DNA of 60,349 nucleotides, filler included, from Hausera hauseri (taxonomy: Eukaryota), in assembly GCA_046269625.1 (NCBI GenBank). It is 12 parts of 12 records of this genome, joined end to end, with 100 filler letters (N's around TTAATTAATTAA, not from the genome) between each part and the next. Parts side by side here need not be neighbours in the genome. Positions count along the whole stretch, not along the records: positions 55,647 to 60,349 come from JBJURY010469134.1; 11 more parts are not named here. The stretch is one strand, 5' to 3'. Below are positions 59,956 through 60,349 of this stretch, one piece after another. A program made the position numbers and the translations under genes. Numbering within the stretch: position 1 is the first letter of the stretch; each line of letters starts with the position of its first letter. The notes beneath the pieces were generated by a model. That model searched no databases. It saw only the letters and a program-made list of their open reading frames with translations, and was not told the origin of the DNA.

Positions 59956-60349
59956 ATTCTGCTGAAATCCAGAAGAGGAAGCTTTGTGAGGCCATAAAGA
60001 ATAAAGATACTGCCAAGCTGATGAAGATCCTCCAGCCTCAGGATGTTGACCTTCTCCTGGACGGAGGAGGCAGCCTGCTGCACCTCGCCATCTCCTTGGG
60101 AAACGAGGAGGCGGTTAAGTTCCTGCTGTTGAACCATGCCAATGCCAACCTCGCCAATATGCATGGCTCCACCCCACTCCACCTGGCTACAGAGAAGCAC
60201 CAGAAGTCTCTGGCTGAACTTCTGTTGAACCGGCGCAGCACCAACGTGAACGCCAGAGACGAGGACCAGTACACGGCCCTACACTGGGCGGCGCAGAACG
60301 GCGACGAGGCCATGACTCGGCTGCTGCTGGACCGAGGCGCGGCCATAAA
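59956..60349 (+). CDS. ripk4: Vertebrate (probably teleost) RIPK4 ankyrin-repeat exon
   Basis: After a TTCAG acceptor: [85 protein letters not shown] is a RIPK4 hallmark. GC is much higher than in the flank. Confidence 0.88.

Noticed and set aside
59952-60346. Minus-strand ORFs 59952-60200 and 60038-60346
   Set aside because: They are antisense shadows of the GC-rich plus-strand ripk4 exon.

Overview
This window is not one locus. It is 12 short contigs (1-5879, 5980-10375, 10476-14512, 14613-18567, 18668-26595, 26696-32964, 33065-37107, 37208-41826, 41927-46322, 46423-50386, 50487-55546, 55647-60349) joined by artificial N-TTAATTAATTAA-N linkers. Most of the DNA looks like an AT-rich, short-intron invertebrate genome dominated by decayed mobile elements: Ty3/gypsy, BEL/Pao, Polinton/adintovirus pPolB and integrase, pogo and other DDE transposases. 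Host-type genes are scattered among them: a dynein heavy chain exon, a double-RING gene, a MATH/TRAF gene and MPEG1. One contig is a bacterial prophage segment (toxin-immunity pair, Cro-like HTH, RecT) that runs directly into eukaryote-like DNA. The last contig ends in a GC-rich vertebrate/teleost-type ripk4 exon. The strongest candidate for a new system is a gypsy element at 14613-18567. Its integrase frame continues, with a single TAG, into a signal peptide, three FN3-like domains, mucin-like linkers, a TM helix and a catalytically dead REX4/ISG20-like DEDDh exonuclease domain, i.e. a receptor-like, non-fusogen cargo in the env position. All homology calls come from motif recognition by eye; no searches were run.
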